DNA of 64,000 bases from Gaiellales bacterium (GTDB lineage: Bacteria; Actinomycetota; Thermoleophilia; Gaiellales; F1-60-MAGs149). Under the pieces are notes generated by a model, which saw only the letters and a list, made by a program, of their open reading frames with translations, did no database searches and had not been told where the DNA came from. This document shows positions 59,558 to 64,000 of the stretch, piece by piece; position 1 is the first letter of the stretch, and each line of letters begins with the position of its first letter. The stretch is taken from the NCBI GenBank assembly GCA_964203045.1, contig CAXNKU010000010.1, positions 4,490-68,489 of the forward strand, given 5' to 3'. The translations under genes were made by a program, and so were the position numbers.

Positions 59558-60475
59558 GTGACTCCAGCGATCCCAGACGACGTTCGTGCACGCGACCTTG
59601 TTGGGTATGGATCGGACCCGCCACAGTGCGGCTGGCCGGGCGGGGCAACGGTTGCTGTCAACCTCGTCGTGGTTTACGAGGAGGGCTCCGAGTCGTCTGT
59701 GCTCTGGGGTGACGAGCGCAACGAGGGCTGGGGTGAGTACGCGGGGGAGGGCCCCCAACCGCCTCGGCGCGACCATGGCAACGAAGGGCACTACGAGTAC
59801 GGGAGTCGAGCGGGGATCTGGCGTCTCGCCCGGATCATCGACGAGGCCGGCGTGCCCGCCACGATCTCGGCAACAGCGACCGCGCTCGAACTCAACCCCG
59901 GGGTCGCCGCGTGGATGAACGATCGCGAACACGATCTGCTTGGACATGGCTGGCGCTGGTTGCCGCCGTGGAGCATGGATGAGGCAACAGAGCGCGAGCA
60001 CCTTGGCTACGCGATCGAGACCTACGAGCGGGTCTGTGGTCGGCGTCCACGCGGCTGGAACAGTCCGTACTCGGCCAGCGATGCTACGCGCCGACTGCTG
60101 CTCGAAGAGGGCGGTTTTCTCTACGACTCCGATCCCTGCTCGGACGACGTCCCCTATTACGCGGACTGCGATGGGCGGCAGCTGCTCGTCGTCCCGTACT
60201 CCAAGACCTACAACGACAGTCGCTACCTCGCAAGCCCCGGCTTTGCGAGCCCGCGCGATCACCTCGAGCTATTGACGATGGGTCTCGACCAGCTTGTCCG
60301 TGAGCAACGCACCGCGATCATGACCGTTTGTATTCACGCTCGCTGGACAGGGCAGGCGGCTCGTGCGGCCGCACTCCGTGCGTTCCTTGACCACGCGACG
60401 AAAATCCCCAGCGTGGCCTTTATGCGCCGCGATGACATCGCGCGCTGGTGGCTCGATACGGTTCCCGCCAGTTGA
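59558..60475 (+). CDS. Polysaccharide deacetylase family, PuuE allantoinase-like
   Basis: RDLVGYG, YEEG, YEYGSRAG, HGWRW, YDSD. Confidence 0.82.
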   Translation: MTPAIPDDVRARDLVGYGSDPPQCGWPGGATVAVNLVVVYEEGSESSVLWGDERNEGWGEYAGEGPQPPRRDHGNEGHYEYGSRAGIWRLARIIDEAGVPATISATATALELNPGVAAWMNDREHDLLGHGWRWLPPWSMDEATEREHLGYAIETYERVCGRRPRGWNSPYSASDATRRLLLEEGGFLYDSDPCSDDVPYYADCDGRQLLVVPYSKTYNDSRYLASPGFASPRDHLELLTMGLDQLVREQRTAIMTVCIHARWTGQAARAAALRAFLDHATKIPSVAFMRRDDIARWWLDTVPAS

Positions 60476-60502
60476 GGCTCCTGAGCCGTATGCTCCACCT
60501 CA

Positions 60503-61939
60503 ATGTTCCGTAACTCTTTCCCGCGTCTTGAGCCCGTCAGCTCTGACGGTCTCGCCACCATCGAGCGTGGTTGGATGCGCCTCGTGTCCGAGATTGGTGT
60601 GCGTTTCGATCATCCGGAAGCGGTGCGGACTCTGGTTGAGGCGGGTCAGCGTGCCGAAGGTGACATCGTCTTCTTCGATCCCGAATGGGTGCTCGAGCAG
60701 GTCGCCAAGGCGCCGTCGGGATTTACGCTCCATGCCCGCAACGCTGCCAATGACATCCAAATCGGCGGAGACCAAATGGTCTTCCTGCCGGTGCAGGGTC
60801 CGCCGTTTGTCCGGCGTGGCCTTGAGCGGCGCGATGGAACACTCGCCGACTTCGACGACTTCTGTCGGCTGGCCCAGACGCTGCCAGATTTTGATTCTGT
60901 CGGCAGCCTGCCGTGCGAGCCCAACGATGTTCCGCTCGATTCGCGCCACCTCGACATGGTGCGTAGCATCGCGATGCTCACTGATAAGCCGTTCGGTGGC
61001 GGTGCGGTCTCGGTCGATGCTGCTGAAGACGCACTAGCGATGGCGCGCATCATTTTTGGTGATCGGATGGACCGTGAGATCTGTATCTACACGAACATTA
61101 ACGTCAACTCTCCGCTGGTCTACGACGGTCGCATGCTCGATGCGTTGATGATTTATGCGCGTGCGCGACAACCCGTCTTGATCGTGCCTTTCCTGTTGAT
61201 GGGGGCGATGGCTCCTGCCAGCACGGTCGCAGCACTCGCCCAGCAATTCGCTGAGGCTCTGACCGGAATCGCTCTGATGCAGACGATCAATCCTGGCTGC
61301 CCTGCCGTGCTTGGCTCGTTTCTATCGACGACGGATATGAAGAATGGCTCGCCGGCTTTTGGAGGTCCCGAATCGCATTTCGGTCTGCTCGTCTCGGGGC
61401 AGCTCGCACGTCGTTACAAGCTGCCGTGGCGGGCGGGTGGCGGGTCCCTCACGACGAGTCCGGTGCCCGATGCGCAGGCCGCGTATGAGGGAATGAACAC
61501 CATGCAAGCGGCATTCCTGGCGGGCGCCAACATCGTTATGCATACCGGTGGCTGGCTCGAAGGCGGGCTCGTTTCCTCGTTCGAGAAGTTGATCGTCGAT
61601 CTTGACATCGTGCGCACTCTGCGAGCCGAGTTCACGCAGCTCGACATCAACGATGACGCACTCGCGTTTCGTGCTCACGACGAGGTGCGCCATGGCGGCC
61701 ACTTTCTCGGCGCCGAGCATACGATGGAGCGTTTCCGCGACTGTTTCTATCGTCCACAGCTCGCCACGACCGACAACTTTCAGCGCTGGTCGAAAAATGG
61801 CGGGCTCGATGCGGCGGCCCGTGCGACAGGGATTTACGAGGGCCTCCTCGCCGAGTATGAGCAGCCGCCGATGGCCGACGCGATGCGTCAAGAGCTCGAC
61901 GAATATGTCGTTCGTCGCCGCGCCGAACTCGGCGACTAG
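60503..61939 (+). CDS. Trimethylamine methyltransferase (MttB) family, non-pyrrolysine
   Basis: NSPLVYD, GAMAP, PDAQAAYE, HTGGWLEGG, GGHFLG; no in-frame TAG. Confidence 0.88.
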   Translation: MFRNSFPRLEPVSSDGLATIERGWMRLVSEIGVRFDHPEAVRTLVEAGQRAEGDIVFFDPEWVLEQVAKAPSGFTLHARNAANDIQIGGDQMVFLPVQGPPFVRRGLERRDGTLADFDDFCRLAQTLPDFDSVGSLPCEPNDVPLDSRHLDMVRSIAMLTDKPFGGGAVSVDAAEDALAMARIIFGDRMDREICIYTNINVNSPLVYDGRMLDALMIYARARQPVLIVPFLLMGAMAPASTVAALAQQFAEALTGIALMQTINPGCPAVLGSFLSTTDMKNGSPAFGGPESHFGLLVSGQLARRYKLPWRAGGGSLTTSPVPDAQAAYEGMNTMQAAFLAGANIVMHTGGWLEGGLVSSFEKLIVDLDIVRTLRAEFTQLDINDDALAFRAHDEVRHGGHFLGAEHTMERFRDCFYRPQLATTDNFQRWSKNGGLDAAARATGIYEGLLAEYEQPPMADAMRQELDEYVVRRRAELGD

Positions 61940-61970
61940 TGCCTCGACGTCAGGCCGCGAAGCACACCAC

Positions 61971-62390
61971 TTAGGAGTGGAGTGCCTCGACGTCGTCGCA
62001 GTGGTGTTTGGCGGCACGGACCGACTCGGTGTCCCAGAGGTTGCCGACTAGGCGGTGCTTTGGCGTGCCGACGACGATGGAGGTCGGCGAAAACTTCTCG
62101 CACACGGCCGTCATGCAGGAGCCCTCTGGTCCAGATGACGCCTGTGGGGTCGCCTCGAGACCAGTGGCCTTGGCGGTGGCGCACATTGCGACAGCGCGTA
62201 GGCTCGCGTCGTGGTCGCTTTCGCCAGGGACGAGTTCGAGGCCGAGGCCATGTCCCATGGTCGTGTCCATACCACCGTGCGTGACCATGACGACACTGGT
62301 CGCGCCACGTTCTTGCGCTAGGGCTACTACCCGCTGCGCGACGAGATCGTCGGAATCCGTATCTGAGGAGAAACCCAGGATGCTAGTCAT
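61971..62390 (-). CDS. Universal stress protein-like
   Basis: ILGFS...IVVGT...AAKHHCDDV USP-type pattern. Confidence 0.55.
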   Translation of the reverse strand: MTSILGFSSDTDSDDLVAQRVVALAQERGATSVVMVTHGGMDTTMGHGLGLELVPGESDHDASLRAVAMCATAKATGLEATPQASSGPEGSCMTAVCEKFSPTSIVVGTPKHRLVGNLWDTESVRAAKHHCDDVEALHS

Positions 62391-62516
62391 ACCCTTGTTG
62401 TACACCCGCGACCGCGGCATTGCCACTGAGGTGTTGCTGAGCAGTGCAGTGCTTGGTGATCGTCAGAGGCGGCAATGTCGATAACATATGCCGATGCTCG
62501 GTGACCAGAGTCACGT

Positions 62517-63170
62517 ATGACAGGCGGCCACGGAGCTAGCCACGGGCATGGCCACTCGCAGATGCACGGCCCACGGTGGCTTTCGGTCACCACGGTCACG
62601 ATTCTTGGAGTTGCTGCTGTCCTCGCGGGCGTGACTGCGTGGAAAAGCGCCGTGATGCAGGGGCATGCGGTGGAGAATCTCACGCTTTCGTCAAAAGCCA
62701 CCACCGACGCGAATGCTCTCACGCAAACGGCTGAGCGCAGTATGACGACGGAACGCCAACTGTTTATCGATTTTCGTTCTGCTCTCGACTCGAACAACAA
62801 AAATCGCTCCGTGATGATTTACGGAATGATGAATCCGAATACGCGCGCAGCGATCGGTTGGTGGCGCGAGCAGCCGGACACGAGTCGCCCAACGTCGCCG
62901 TTTGTCTCCGCAAATCCCTCGTGGGATGCGCCTGGAGTGATCATCGACGCGAAAGCGGCCTTGGACAGGTCCGACGAATACCTGCATCTTGCTGAGTTCC
63001 AATTAGGTCGGGCCCATAGTCTCGAGTTTTTAGCTGCTCTGTTGACGATTGCATTCCTCGCGAGCGGTCTTACGCCCCTCTTTGAATCGCTGCGGTCGCG
63101 TATCTCGTTGATTGCGGTCAGCACAACCGTAGTCATCGCATGTCTGATTGGCACTGTGGTGTTCTGGTGA
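62517..63170 (+). CDS. Hypothetical membrane protein (His-rich N-terminus, 3 TM)
   Basis: HGASHGHGH, one N-terminal and two C-terminal TM segments; overlaps the next start (GTGA). Confidence 0.6.
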   Translation: MTGGHGASHGHGHSQMHGPRWLSVTTVTILGVAAVLAGVTAWKSAVMQGHAVENLTLSSKATTDANALTQTAERSMTTERQLFIDFRSALDSNNKNRSVMIYGMMNPNTRAAIGWWREQPDTSRPTSPFVSANPSWDAPGVIIDAKAALDRSDEYLHLAEFQLGRAHSLEFLAALLTIAFLASGLTPLFESLRSRISLIAVSTTVVIACLIGTVVFW

Positions 63171-64000
63171 CCAAAACTGCCCTCCTTGTTCTTGTGATGG
63201 GCGTCGTGGCCGTCGTTGCGGGCGCCTGTGGATCGTCAGTGGGAGGGGAGCAGCAGGCCTCGTCGACCACCGCGTTTAAAGGCACTAACTGCGACGGGAC
63301 GGTTGCGGTGATGCTTCCGTATGGCCGCTTTGGTGCCACGGATTCGGTGCAGATGAATTGGGCGCGTGTCTCGCTCGATAAGTTCAACCAGGATCACAAC
63401 ACGCTGTTCACGTTTGAGCCAAGTAACGTCGATTTTGATCCCGAAGCGGGTGTCAACGAGGCGAAACGAATCGTCACGAACCCGAACGTGATTGGGGTGG
63501 TCGGTCCCAAAACATCGGTCGTGACGAAGGCGGTGGGTCTGATCTTCGACGCTGCTGGTCTTGTCTATGTCTCGCCGTCGGCGACGAACGCCACGCTCAC
63601 CGATGGCAAGCTCAAGGGTTTTTATCGGGTGGTTGCGAGCGATGCCCTGCAAGGCCCCCGGATGGCCCAGTTCATTGAGGAGGAGCTAAAGCCGAAGACG
63701 GTGTTGGTCGTCGAGAACGATGAGCCGTACTCGAAGGGGCTTGCGGACAGCATCGTGGAGACGTTGACTGCAGTGGGCATCCCCACTCAGCGCATCACGG
63801 TCGGTCTCGAACAAAAGTCGTATCAGGAGGTCGTCGCGCAGGTGACGGATTCGATCAATGTCGTCGCGATGCCGCTACTGATCGCGACGGATGCTCAGCG
63901 GCTTGCAAATCAGCTCCGGGCGGGTGGAAAATACCCCGCGTTGATTGGCGGAGACAGTCTCTTTGTGGGGGCGTTTTCGGCCCCGGGCGCCTACGTCTCT
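63167..64000 (+). CDS. Branched-chain amino acid ABC substrate-binding lipoprotein (partial, runs off the window)
   Basis: Open frame from GTG 63167: VAGAC lipobox, VIGVVGP, VSPSAT, FYRVVASDALQG. Confidence 0.8.
   Translation, partial: MTKTALLVLVMGVVAVVAGACGSSVGGEQQASSTTAFKGTNCDGTVAVMLPYGRFGATDSVQMNWARVSLDKFNQDHNTLFTFEPSNVDFDPEAGVNEAKRIVTNPNVIGVVGPKTSVVTKAVGLIFDAAGLVYVSPSATNATLTDGKLKGFYRVVASDALQGPRMAQFIEEELKPKTVLVVENDEPYSKGLADSIVETLTAVGIPTQRITVGLEQKSYQEVVAQVTDSINVVAMPLLIATDAQRLANQLRAGGKYPALIGGDSLFVGAFSAPGAYVS

Noticed and set aside
60503-61939. Pyrrolysine recoding in MttB
   Set aside because: No in-frame TAG within the full-length ORF.

Overview
High-GC bacterial window, most likely from an actinobacterial (possibly Thermoleophilia/Gaiellales-like) genome or MAG. 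This assignment is inferred from gene content, pervasive leaderless TANNNT-N6-ATG starts and a heliorhodopsin. The window is dominated by catabolism of amines, amides and amino acids: an amidinotransferase, amidohydrolases, a D-aminoacylase with a D-amino-acid deaminase, a non-canonical GcvPA/PB with an NAD-kinase-like gene, an HDAC + Liv-type ABC + M20 + amidase operon, a Rieske oxygenase, flavin amine oxidases, a PLP decarboxylase and a non-Pyl MttB. It also carries an fdsGBAD formate dehydrogenase. The left end is an accessory region around tRNA-Thr(GGT), with a tandem two-domain MazF/PemK toxin plus antitoxin, a 1.8 kb islet bounded by a duplicated tRNA 3' end, a heliorhodopsin and a HigBA-like TA pair. 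Three families of intergenic palindromic repeats are dispersed through the window; two of them form REPIN-like inverted doublets, and all show structure-preserving variation or near-perfect symmetry. Several genes carry frameshifts that look like long-read sequencing errors. All product calls come from motif recognition by eye, not from database searches.
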